Source: an uncultured Gammaproteobacteria bacterium (lineage in GTDB: Bacteria; Patescibacteriota; Patescibacteriia; Magasanikbacterales; GWA2-37-8). From it: DNA of 64,000 bases. Where the stretch lies: NCBI GenBank assembly GCA_964478235.1, contig CAYZGX010000002.1:20677-84676 (forward strand), given 5' to 3'. The notes beneath the pieces are model-generated. The model made no database searches, was not told where the DNA came from, and was given only the letters and a program-made list of their open reading frames with translations. Position numbers and translations under genes: made by a program. The first letter of the stretch is position 1. Each line of letters begins with the position of its first letter. This document shows, piece by piece, positions 46,432-55,102 of the stretch.

Positions 46432-47166
46432 TTAGTTGTTGGCGAGTGTCCCGGCGCCTTCGAATGTCACGTTCGCCGACCGATTTTTGTAGCGGAAGGT
46501 GTAGGCCGTGCCGCTCTGGCGCTCGAGCGCAGTCGGCAGTCCGACCAGGCGGGTCTTGTGGTGCCGGCGCATCTCCGCGGGGGTGATGGGCAGGTAGCGC
46601 CACTCCGAGCCTTGGTAGGCGACGATGCCGGCAGGGGCACCTTGCTGGGTGTCAAAGACGACGAACGCCGAGGTGTCCTCAGTCGAGATGTCGGTGATGA
46701 CTGCCGTCAGGTTCTTCCCGAACGCGTGCACGAGCTCGAAGCTGGTGAGACCCTCATCTTCACCGCGCTTGATCTTGCCATAGCGATAGATCTGTCGCTG
46801 CGCCACCAGATAGACGATATCGTCGTGCTTTACAAATGTGACCGCCCGACAGTCGTAGCTCGACGCGCAGGCGAGGCCACGAGGCGCGCCGAGAATCTGG
46901 CCACCCGTTGGGGTGACAATGATTTCGGTCGACACCTGCCCTTGAGGGCGGTGCCGATAGACCTTGAAGCCATAGCCGACGGTAGCGACTGTGCCTTCGG
47001 GTGGGGGAAGAAGAAAACTGTCATCCACCTGGGGCGTCAGTCGGGGGGCCGGCTGCTTGGTCGGCGGGGTGGTTGCGACCACCGTCGCCTGGTTCTGGGT
47101 GGGGGTCGTGTACATACTGCAAGCGACCAGAAAAAATACACTGACAAAACCGAACAGTTTTTTCAC
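46432..47166 (-). CDS. GC-rich (~62%) lipoprotein of unknown function
   Basis: A GTG start sits 5 nt after GGAGG. The signal VKKLFGFVSVFFLVAC ends in the LVAC lipobox. The overlapping plus-strand ORF is judged to be a GC artefact. Confidence 0.6.
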   Translation of the reverse strand: MKKLFGFVSVFFLVACSMYTTPTQNQATVVATTPPTKQPAPRLTPQVDDSFLLPPPEGTVATVGYGFKVYRHRPQGQVSTEIIVTPTGGQILGAPRGLACASSYDCRAVTFVKHDDIVYLVAQRQIYRYGKIKRGEDEGLTSFELVHAFGKNLTAVITDISTEDTSAFVVFDTQQGAPAGIVAYQGSEWRYLPITPAEMRRHHKTRLVGLPTALERQSGTAYTFRYKNRSANVTFEGAGTLANN

Positions 47167-47376
47167 GGCGTCCTCCGGGGACAGGGGTTGGTGCAATGGG
47201 GTTATTCCCACGCGCACAGCAGTCATTGTGAGAGCGGTGCGACTGGGAATAACACTGTAAAAGAACGAGTTTATAGAGCAGGAGTATACTTGAAAACAGG
47301 GGTTTTGTCAAGGTTTTTTAGTATAAAAACAAAACCGGCCACCTGAGGTGGCCGGCTGTAGTTTTGAGAAAAAAGC

Positions 47377-47658
47377 TTATAAAACAGCTTCTTTGGCAAC
47401 TTTAGCGAGGCGGAATTTTGCTACAGTTTTAGCAGCAATTTTGATTTGTTCGCCGGTTGCTGGGTTGCGACCCATGCGAGCTGCGCGGTGTACTTTTACC
47501 ATTTTGCCAAAACCTGGCAAAACAAATTGACCGGATTTCTTAACTTCCTTGTACGCTGTTTCAGCGAGGGTGTCGAGGAAAGCTGCGACATCTTTTTTAC
47601 TAAGACCTGACTTCTCTGCCAAGAGGGAGAGTAAAGCCGACTTTGTCATACCTGCCAT
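47377..47658 (-). CDS. hupB: HU family DNA-binding protein
   Basis: GFGKF/RNPxTGE arm motif. TTGTCA-N17-TATACT lies upstream and a terminator hairpin downstream. Confidence 0.9.
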   Translation of the reverse strand: MAGMTKSALLSLLAEKSGLSKKDVAAFLDTLAETAYKEVKKSGQFVLPGFGKMVKVHRAARMGRNPATGEQIKIAAKTVAKFRLAKVAKEAVL

Positions 47659-48042
47659 ATAAAATATGGTTAAGAATAAATGGTATATGGCCTAGTATAT
47701 AGGGGATTCCTAATTCTGACAAGTGATATCAGCCATATTTGTCAAGGGTATGATGTGTATTTAGTTTTTCACTCTAGACGCAGATCAGAAAAAACGACTA
47801 GTCTGTAGGGGTAGCTTTTTTCCAGATCGTCCCAATCACCTTGGCAGGTGATGAGATTGAGATGGGCTTGGCCGTCATCGGAAATAAAGACTTCGGAAGG
47901 CGGGGGATCGTTGGTGTTAAAGAGTTTTAATTTTCTAATTAGGCTTTTTAGTCAATAGTGAGCAGGGTAGAAAAAAACTTACCAACAAATTTGGTAAGTT
48001 TTTATATACAGCAGTGAAAGTGAAGCGGAGACACGTTAATTG

Positions 48043-49743
48043 CTATGAGGCTCCGCCGTTTTCAAAATCTTTAAGCTGCTGCATGACCTCTTTGAGATCT
48101 TCAAGAGCTAGGCGTTCTTGAGGTGTTAGGCCATGGATTCGTTCAGCATTTTCAAGCACAGCAATCTGGCGTTGGGCGCGTGACATGAGCAGGCTAAAAA
48201 TTTGATGAGAGCGCTGTTCCACCTTGTGATAACGGCGTTTGAGGGCAAAGTATCGAGCCCAGCCAAGAATGCTAAGTAATAGCAAGATTGCTGCGCCAAT
48301 AGGAGAGTAGCGTTTATAGATCGCCAGCATGTTCGCCGCTAAAGATGGTGGTGGCAAAATGTTAATGGTCACAGCTGTTGACGGTTGTCCTTTGATGCCG
48401 GTAGTGCTCAAGACATAGGCAGTTACTTGAGCAGTTTCATCGGCGGAGGTTAGAACGGTGGACAGACTGAATGAGCCTTCGGAATTAGCAGCAGTCTCAA
48501 AGGTAATTAAGCCGGCTTGTCGGGATTGCACCTCGACAGCTATACGGGCACCAGGGTAGCGGGTTGAACCACGCACCACAATGTTGTCGCCGCGGTTAAT
48601 AAGCGAAGTGTAGTCGGTGATGGTTGGTGCGCCCAGTAGCTGTGTATCAACAGTAGTAGTGTAGAGCGACTGGTTGCCAGCTCGGTCATAAGCTGCCACC
48701 TTTAGAGCGTGTTGACCAGGTGTGAGATTTGGAAATAGTTTTGAGACTAAAACAGTGGTTGGCCCAGTCGCTTCAGGAGTAATGCGCACAACATCGTAAC
48801 TATCAAGGTGGACATCGTAGTGATCAACCCCAGACATTGCATCGGTCGCTTGTAAAACCAAGGTTTGTTGGAGGGAGTTGTTGAGAGTAAGAGCAGCTGA
48901 AACGTTGGATGGGTCAGTCGTATCAACACGTATCATGGTGCGGCTAGTTTTTGACCAACCACTAACAGTTTGGTAGCGCAAAGCAAAATAGTAAGTGCCG
49001 TCTTCCAGGTTAGCAAAAGATTTTTCATTAATCGATCGAGCTATGCGCTGGTCTGGTTCGGCAGTAGCAGACTTTCCGAAATAGGTTTCAAATACCCGTG
49101 TACCAGCCGGTATGTTCCAATTAAGTTCCGCTTCAGTTTTTGCATACCAAGACGTTTGGTCTGGGTGGGTTGGCGAAGTTGGCACTAAAGCAGTCAGCGT
49201 CGGTGCTGGTTTTGGAGAATCTGGTTGTTTAGTTGTATCTGCTGGGGCTGCCGCAGCAATTTCCACAGTTGTTCCGTTTTGGCCGGTAAAGACGTTTGTT
49301 CCCAAGCCGTCATTTTCGCGAATGGCAGCGCCGCTGAAGGTGAAGTTGGCAGTACCATCTTTTTTAGCTCGAAAAGTCGCTGAAACAACTCGGCCGCCCG
49401 ATCCAGTATATCCAGGGTTAGGGACACCGCCGTTGAATGAAACAACTCCATTAGAGGCTGTAGGCTGTTCTACCCATAACGAAAAAACCGATGGCTGACT
49501 AGCGACTGAAACTACCTCAACCAAATCAGCTGGGTAGACGATACTCGCTTCAGCATTATTAATAGTTTTAGTTTGGGTATTAATATAGGCGCTAATGGTA
49601 AAAGTATTTCCCACTGCAACATTTTTAGTTGAGGCGCTAAGCGACAAAGTCGCCGCTTGAACGGTATAAAAAGGAAATGTTAAACCAGCCAGTAGGTTTG
49701 TGGCTATAAATCCAGTTAGTAACTTTTGGTGGTACGGGCGCAT
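48043..49743 (-). CDS. Cell-surface protein with an N-terminal cohesin-like domain, an Ig-like domain and a C-terminal TM anchor
   Basis: Signal peptide, ATLSLSASTKNVAVGNTFTISAYIN...IVYPADLVEV (cohesin-like), SGVDHYDV...AYDRAGN (Ig-like), then a TM helix and a coiled-coil tail. Confidence 0.5.
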   Translation of the reverse strand: MRPYHQKLLTGFIATNLLAGLTFPFYTVQAATLSLSASTKNVAVGNTFTISAYINTQTKTINNAEASIVYPADLVEVVSVASQPSVFSLWVEQPTASNGVVSFNGGVPNPGYTGSGGRVVSATFRAKKDGTANFTFSGAAIRENDGLGTNVFTGQNGTTVEIAAAAPADTTKQPDSPKPAPTLTALVPTSPTHPDQTSWYAKTEAELNWNIPAGTRVFETYFGKSATAEPDQRIARSINEKSFANLEDGTYYFALRYQTVSGWSKTSRTMIRVDTTDPSNVSAALTLNNSLQQTLVLQATDAMSGVDHYDVHLDSYDVVRITPEATGPTTVLVSKLFPNLTPGQHALKVAAYDRAGNQSLYTTTVDTQLLGAPTITDYTSLINRGDNIVVRGSTRYPGARIAVEVQSRQAGLITFETAANSEGSFSLSTVLTSADETAQVTAYVLSTTGIKGQPSTAVTINILPPPSLAANMLAIYKRYSPIGAAILLLLSILGWARYFALKRRYHKVEQRSHQIFSLLMSRAQRQIAVLENAERIHGLTPQERLALEDLKEVMQQLKDFENGGAS

Positions 49744-49746
49744 GGA

Positions 49747-50553
49747 TTATTTTTTAGCTCGACGTTTTAAAAGCAGACCAAGACCAACCGCTACGATGAT
49801 GCTAATGACAATATAAACAAAAGAGAGAGAGGCTTTTGCTATGACGGTTGGCGGAAGGGTAGTGCTCGCCGCGTTGCCAGCTTTGTCATAGGCTACAACG
49901 GTAACAGGCAAGCTTCGATCTTGAGCGCGCAAAACATAGGTGTTACCAATACGTATTGCCGGGGAACTGCCCTCGGTAACTTCATAATGATCAATGCCAG
50001 ATTGAGCGTCAGTTGCAAATACTGATAAAAAAACTTTACCATTAAATAAGCTTGGATCTTGGCCAATATCGGCTGTAGTGAAAACTGGCGGTGTATTATC
50101 TTGGGCAACAATATCACGCTCAGCATTATGTGGTTCGGCGGTGGCACGACCAATTGAAAAAGATGTCGCCATTTCCTTTACCGGCACCGGCGTGCCTTTG
50201 CCGTCGTGAGCATAGGCGGAAAGTGTTGGTTTGAAGGTGAGTGTACCGGCATTGTTAACTTTAAAAAACATGGTAAACAATAAGCCGTTCGGACCACTAA
50301 AGCCAGTCGGCGCCCCACCGGTAAATGTAATGGTTTTAGCGGTTGGCGACCATGATGGTTTGCGAACCCAATATGATAATGCAGAACCAGCCACGCTCAC
50401 CTCGCGCATGTCAACAAGTGTACCACCAACAGGTATCGAAAGCGTCCCTTCCACTACATTAATATCCTTCCCCTCGGTATTGAGATATACTCCAACAGAC
50501 ACAATGTCATTTTTGTGGATAGTGGGTGTTGATGGTGTGAGTGTGATGTACAT
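49747..50553 (-). CDS. Paralogous cohesin-like and Ig-like protein, C-terminally anchored
   Basis: ITLTPSTPTIHKNDIVSVGVYLN...; SGIDHYEV...AYDKAGN; C-terminal TM helix plus KRRAKK. Confidence 0.5.
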   Translation of the reverse strand: MYITLTPSTPTIHKNDIVSVGVYLNTEGKDINVVEGTLSIPVGGTLVDMREVSVAGSALSYWVRKPSWSPTAKTITFTGGAPTGFSGPNGLLFTMFFKVNNAGTLTFKPTLSAYAHDGKGTPVPVKEMATSFSIGRATAEPHNAERDIVAQDNTPPVFTTADIGQDPSLFNGKVFLSVFATDAQSGIDHYEVTEGSSPAIRIGNTYVLRAQDRSLPVTVVAYDKAGNAASTTLPPTVIAKASLSFVYIVISIIVAVGLGLLLKRRAKK

Positions 50554-50556
50554 AGA

Positions 50557-53094
50557 TTATTTTTTCTTATCCCATTGGTAGAGCAAGATGGAAAAATCTA
50601 CTGAGTTAACCTGGGCATCTTTATTGATATCAACACAAGGGTTGCGGAACGGTGGAGTCAACTTCCAGAAAGCTAATAAGATAGAAAAATCAATCGAATT
50701 TACACGAGTGTCATGGTTGAAGTCAGCCCCAGAGCAGGTTTGTGCACCAACAGGCTGTGTAGAGGTAGTTTCTGGTGCAAGAGAGCTAGGGCCTCCACCA
50801 CCACCTCCGCCGCCTCCTCCTCCTCCACCACCTCCGCCGCCACCGCCACCGTCAGTTTCTCCGCTAGGAATGGTAAACATGCGGGAAGAGCCGGATTGTT
50901 CGGTGCCAAAGTATACTACTAATCTAAAATAGTGAACCCCTACCGATGTAACGGTGGTAGAGAGGTCAGTGTTAAAATCTTCACCGGGGTTGATAAATTT
51001 TGCAGCCGAAGCGTAGTAGACATCGTTACTCCCACCGCATGGATTGGTAAGATCTTGCACGACACACCACTCATAGTGGTATTCATAACCACTGGTACCT
51101 TCGTTGGTAATAGTGACGTTGGCAGAAACATCAGGGGCGGTGCTTGAAGTTACACTGTTAATAATAACTTGAGCGGGGGAGGTGGCCACAAGCCAGTAGT
51201 CGTTAGTTGTAATTGTTTTTCCACTCTCAACTTGGGTGGAAACCGACGATTCCCACAAGCCGCCGGTGGCCGCGCTTGAAATCGAATAGGTGTATTCATA
51301 GACACCGGTAGCGATACTAGTCATACTGGCGCCAGAAATAATCACGTTACGATCAGCGTCATAGATAGTGATTGCGGGTACGGTAAATGAGGCGGTTGGG
51401 ACAGAATTGCTGTTAAGCACGTATATTTTGGCGCGGTAGGTGTTACCAGCTGCTACACTGTCAATATTTGACATGGTAACCAAAAAACCAGCGGTCTGGT
51501 TAGACAGTGAAGCGCGGGTGGAGGCGGCTACGTCAATATTAGCAGTCAAGAAGTTGCCGATTGTGCTAGCAGTGGTCAGGGTGCTAGTTAAAACTGACCA
51601 TACATCAGCAGCAGTAATATTGTTTCCGTAGTTGGTCAGAGTACGAGCGGCATTGCTCCAGACAGCGAGTGCAAGCGAGGTGGTAGAGTAATCGGTCAAG
51701 GTTCGAACAGAGGTGTTCCACACGTCAGCAGCACTGAGTGTGCTCGTGCCGCGAGAAGAAACCTGGGCATCGAGGTTGGTAGCAAGAAGTCGTCCAACTG
51801 AGCCAAGACTGGTGAGAGTGGTTGTCGGAACCTGCCAAATTGCTGTAGCAATAGTGGAGGTACTGTAATCGGTGAGGGTGCGGCTACCAGCTGCCCACAC
51901 ATCGTTAGCGCTAATGTTATTAAGCGCGTTTATGAGCGATCGGTTAGTTAGAACCTCGGTGCGGATTGTAGACGCGGCAATATCTGTGTTAGCTGCCAGC
52001 TGTTGCCCGATAGTGCCAGCAACGGAAAGTGTCGATGTTAAAATGCTCCAAACTTCAGCAGCAGTAATATCGTTACCGTAGTTAGTTAGAGTACGAGCGG
52101 CATTGCTCCAGACAGCCAGTGATAATGAAGTAGTTGAATAGTCGGTCAGAGTACGAGCGGCACTATTCCACACGTCAGCAGCGCTGAGTGTGCTCGTGCC
52201 ACGAGAAGAAACCTGGGCGTCGAGGTTGGTGGCAAGGAGTCGCCCAACTGAACCAAGGCTGGTGAGAGTGGTTGTTGGAATTTCCCAGATGGCAGAAGCA
52301 ATACTGGAAGTGCCATAGTTGGTAAGTGAGCGGGTCGACGCAGCCCAGACATCGCTCGCGCTAATATTATTGAGAGCATTAATGAGTGAGCGGTTGGCAA
52401 GGACTTCGGTAATAATACTTGAGGTAGCAGTATTCAGAGCGGTGGCAATGTATGATTCGGTAGCAATTGTTCCGCCTCCTGTTAATGTGCTGTCGGTCAA
52501 GCGACGAGTTGGGGCGGTAATATCGCTCCAGATATCGGTAACGAGTGTGCCAAAGCCAGTCAAAGTGCGGGTTCCGGCGCTCCAGACATCGGTAGCGATA
52601 GTCGCCCCCGAAGTGAGTGTTCGCGCAGCTGAGCTCCAGACTGAAGTAGCAATCGACGAAGTCGAGGCGCCAGAAGAGGTAATGGTAAAAGTTTTATCAA
52701 TTTTGGCCAGATCACCACCAACGAGTGTTCCGCAGGTTATAGCTGCTGGGTACACACCCTCGGTAGAAGTGGGGGCAAATGAATAACTCTGCCAGCCGTT
52801 GTCACTGGTTGTAGTTAGAGCAACATTATTAACCAATAAAAGGTTGGAAGGGCTGTAAATAGAGATAGAGCAACTGGTCGTTGCAGCTACAAAATCATCA
52901 TTGTAAATAAATTCACCAATAGTGTTGGTAGTATTGAGTGGGTATTGCGTAATACCAGCGGCTAAGGCTGCTTGTGGCGCGGAAAAAAAGCTGCACAAGG
53001 CGAGAAGTGAAAAAAAAGAAAGAAAGCCCCCGGATGATTTTTTGGGCGCTATCTTTAAAAGTCGTGCGCTAAATTCACGATTAAAAAAAATCAC
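50557..53094 (-). CDS. Large secreted repeat protein with a poly-Gly linker and a C-terminal tandem dockerin-like module
   Basis: Signal peptide. Repeated VWS(N)AARTLT(D/N)Y units, including two ~150-aa near-identical repeats. A run of 22 Gly. C-terminal DFNHDTRVNSIDFSILL and DINKDAQVNSVDFSILL, matching the D-x-N-x-D-x-x-VNS-x-D pattern. Confidence 0.6.
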   Translation of the reverse strand: MIFFNREFSARLLKIAPKKSSGGFLSFFSLLALCSFFSAPQAALAAGITQYPLNTTNTIGEFIYNDDFVAATTSCSISIYSPSNLLLVNNVALTTTSDNGWQSYSFAPTSTEGVYPAAITCGTLVGGDLAKIDKTFTITSSGASTSSIATSVWSSAARTLTSGATIATDVWSAGTRTLTGFGTLVTDIWSDITAPTRRLTDSTLTGGGTIATESYIATALNTATSSIITEVLANRSLINALNNISASDVWAASTRSLTNYGTSSIASAIWEIPTTTLTSLGSVGRLLATNLDAQVSSRGTSTLSAADVWNSAARTLTDYSTTSLSLAVWSNAARTLTNYGNDITAAEVWSILTSTLSVAGTIGQQLAANTDIAASTIRTEVLTNRSLINALNNISANDVWAAGSRTLTDYSTSTIATAIWQVPTTTLTSLGSVGRLLATNLDAQVSSRGTSTLSAADVWNTSVRTLTDYSTTSLALAVWSNAARTLTNYGNNITAADVWSVLTSTLTTASTIGNFLTANIDVAASTRASLSNQTAGFLVTMSNIDSVAAGNTYRAKIYVLNSNSVPTASFTVPAITIYDADRNVIISGASMTSIATGVYEYTYSISSAATGGLWESSVSTQVESGKTITTNDYWLVATSPAQVIINSVTSSTAPDVSANVTITNEGTSGYEYHYEWCVVQDLTNPCGGSNDVYYASAAKFINPGEDFNTDLSTTVTSVGVHYFRLVVYFGTEQSGSSRMFTIPSGETDGGGGGGGGGGGGGGGGGGGGPSSLAPETTSTQPVGAQTCSGADFNHDTRVNSIDFSILLAFWKLTPPFRNPCVDINKDAQVNSVDFSILLYQWDKKK
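51520..52440. repeat. Intragenic tandem duplication (~450-bp unit, two copies, ~90% identity)
   Basis: gcagcagtaatat...gagtacgagcggcattgctccagacag recurs at about 51607 and about 52058. Confidence 0.75.
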
Positions 53095-53121
53095 AAACCT
53101 CCATGATATAAAATACGAAGA

Positions 53122-53301
53122 CTATTTTTTCTTGGATTGAGAATCTTCGGTTGGGGCTGCTTCACCATCTTTAAAAGCGCTTCGCAAATGACGAATAGCT
53201 TCAGTAATACTCTTAGCTAATTCTGGGATTTTTTTAGTCCCAAACAAGAGAATTACCACAATGGCTAAAATGACGATTTCTTTTGTTCCAATATTAAACA
53301 T
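53122..53301 (-). CDS. tatA: Twin-arginine translocase subunit TatA/E (59 aa; too short for the supplied ORF track)
   Basis: MFNIGTKEIVILAIVVILLFGTKKIPELAKSITEAIRHLRSAFKDG is a TatA-type TM helix plus amphipathic helix with the conserved FG hinge. Confidence 0.75.
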   Translation of the reverse strand: MFNIGTKEIVILAIVVILLFGTKKIPELAKSITEAIRHLRSAFKDGEAAPTEDSQSKKK

Positions 53302-53306
53302 AGTGG

Positions 53307-54032
53307 TTAGTTAGTTTCTTGAATAGCTTTATTAGCATTCATTAAAATAGTAATTTCGTATAAAACCAGCAAAGGTAGAACCATTATCAATAATGATACA
53401 CCATCAGTTGGTGGAAGTAAAGTCACAAAAATAAAAATAGTAAGCACAGCATGACGGCGTTTTCCGCGTAATTGCGGAGCGCTCAACAAACCGAGTTTTA
53501 CCAGAAAACTAAGAACAATTGGGAATTCAAAGGTGAGCCCAAGGAAGGTGGAGGTGATAAAAATTTGCTCTAAAAATTGGCCGATATCCCAGTAATTTTT
53601 GATGCCAAGGCTAGTGTTGATATCAGCAATGGCGCCAAAAGTGGAATGCATGGTAAAAAAACCGTAGGCAAAACCAGAGGCAAAGAGAATGATGGTTCCA
53701 GGGATCGTAGCAAAAAAACGACGTTTTTCTCGCTTGTTTAAGCCAGTTTTTAAAAAAGAAAATATCTGAAAAGCAATGTAGGGTAGGGTAAAAATGAGAG
53801 CAAAGAAAAGCCCGGTATTCATAGAAAGATCTAAGAATTGAAAGGGTGAAGTTGCCACCATTAAGACCCCGTCAAATTCCATTAACGTCTTAAATACTCG
53901 AAAAAAAGGAATTGTACAAAGGAATCCGACAGCAAAAAAGAATAAAAAAACAATCGCAATGCGGTAGATGCGCCGGCGAATTTCATCTATGTAGATGGCG
54001 TACGGGGCAAATTTTTTCCAAAAAGTAGTCAT
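53307..54032 (-). CDS. tatC: Twin-arginine translocase subunit TatC
   Basis: Six-TM topology with a TatC-like N-terminus. Adjacent to tatA. Confidence 0.75.
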   Translation of the reverse strand: MTTFWKKFAPYAIYIDEIRRRIYRIAIVFLFFFAVGFLCTIPFFRVFKTLMEFDGVLMVATSPFQFLDLSMNTGLFFALIFTLPYIAFQIFSFLKTGLNKREKRRFFATIPGTIILFASGFAYGFFTMHSTFGAIADINTSLGIKNYWDIGQFLEQIFITSTFLGLTFEFPIVLSFLVKLGLLSAPQLRGKRRHAVLTIFIFVTLLPPTDGVSLLIMVLPLLVLYEITILMNANKAIQETN

Positions 54033-54067
54033 AGAGCGTATTTGCCCTCCTTTGGCTGAAGATCTGC

Positions 54068-55099
54068 TTATTCAGTTGGAATAGTGTCGTTTGGTTCAGA
54101 AACTGCTACGCTTTCGGTTGGTGCTGGGCTAGCATCTTGGGGAGGGGCCGTAACTGGTTCGATTATCGGGAGTTCAGCTGGGGCGACAACAGGCGCTTCA
54201 ACTGCTGGCAGTTCGATCGGGGCTGTAGAGGCTGTTTCTGTAGGTGGGACAACTGGTTCGGTAGATGTTGGGAACTCTACAGGGAGAGGTGGGTTGGGTG
54301 TAGAGGTGCTTGGAGTTGGAACCTCGGAGATTGGCGCAAAAAACGGTGAGGTTGTAGCAATGGTACTACTGGCAGTTGAGGTAAGAATTGGAGCATTCGG
54401 AATATCGATAGTCAGGGGAACAATGGCAACCGTGCTTGTAGGGACAACTGTTGGAAGAGCTGTTGCGGTGCGGTGTTTATTTAGCCATTGGGCAACAGCA
54501 GCCACACCCTCTTCCCATGAAGCATATGTGTGGGTAGAAGAACCAGTGTTGCCAACATTGCCAGGGTTGTTGGTGGTGGCGCCAATGCCAAGGGTACCAA
54601 AAAATGAATCAAGCTGAATAATCGCGGTTACCAGGCGCATATCCACTGAGTATTGGTGGGCGCTAAACCAAACCATCTCACCAGTTATCGGACTAGCTGG
54701 AGCCGCTGCGATAATATAGTCGGTGATGTCTTTTGAAGAAACAAAAACCGGCATTTTTGATAAAATAGTGTCGATTTTTTGCTGATGTAGCGGGTCGGTG
54801 GCGTAGAGTGAGATGTCATAGCCAAGCATGGTGGTGGCTGGAGCTGGTCGTGGAGTAGTATCAAGAACGACTTCTAGGCCACTCGCCACAATTTCGGCCG
54901 GGGAAGAATTGGCTGCTTGCGCGCCCATCTCTACGGTGGCTAGTAATAAAATTTGGCTTAGGGTGACTTGAGTTTGTCGGTAGTCAGTATCGGCTGCTTG
55001 GTAATTTTCTAAATCACCATTTTGCAAATGCAAACCACGCATCGAATTGAGAGTGATGAGTCGTTTCTCGAGGATTGTTTTCAGGAAATCAAGATCCAT
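54068..55099 (-). CDS. Hypothetical protein with a Pro/Thr-rich C-terminal half
   Basis: A structured N-domain followed by about 150 aa of P/T/S/A-rich low-complexity sequence. Confidence 0.45.
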   Translation of the reverse strand: MDLDFLKTILEKRLITLNSMRGLHLQNGDLENYQAADTDYRQTQVTLSQILLLATVEMGAQAANSSPAEIVASGLEVVLDTTPRPAPATTMLGYDISLYATDPLHQQKIDTILSKMPVFVSSKDITDYIIAAAPASPITGEMVWFSAHQYSVDMRLVTAIIQLDSFFGTLGIGATTNNPGNVGNTGSSTHTYASWEEGVAAVAQWLNKHRTATALPTVVPTSTVAIVPLTIDIPNAPILTSTASSTIATTSPFFAPISEVPTPSTSTPNPPLPVEFPTSTEPVVPPTETASTAPIELPAVEAPVVAPAELPIIEPVTAPPQDASPAPTESVAVSEPNDTIPTE

Positions 55100-55102
55100 A
55101 AC

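Noticed and set aside
46296-47337. 11-bp direct repeat aaaacaaaacc on both flanks of the GC-rich lipoprotein gene, as a possible target-site duplication.
   Set aside because: Both copies are the A-tract immediately upstream of bidirectional terminator hairpins, a common sequence context in this genome. So the identity is probably functional convergence rather than a duplication.
46324-47346. 340-aa plus-strand ORF antisense to the lipoprotein gene.
   Set aside because: It lies in the GC-rich block where spurious ORFs are common. It has no RBS or recognisable motifs. The minus-strand gene has a GGAGG-GTG start and a lipobox signal peptide.
47660-48042. 384-bp gene-free gap between hupB and the surface-protein operon, examined for an ncRNA or small ORF.
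   Set aside because: It contains the hupB promoter (TTGTCA-N17-TATACT) and the terminator of the 566-aa gene. Only a 26-codon ORF without RBS and no convincing conserved RNA structure are visible.
50791-50850. Run of GGN triplets considered as a possible simple-sequence repeat, CRISPR-like array or G-quadruplex element.
   Set aside because: It is in frame within the large surface-protein gene and encodes a poly-Gly linker. There are no spacer-repeat periodicity or cas genes anywhere in the window.
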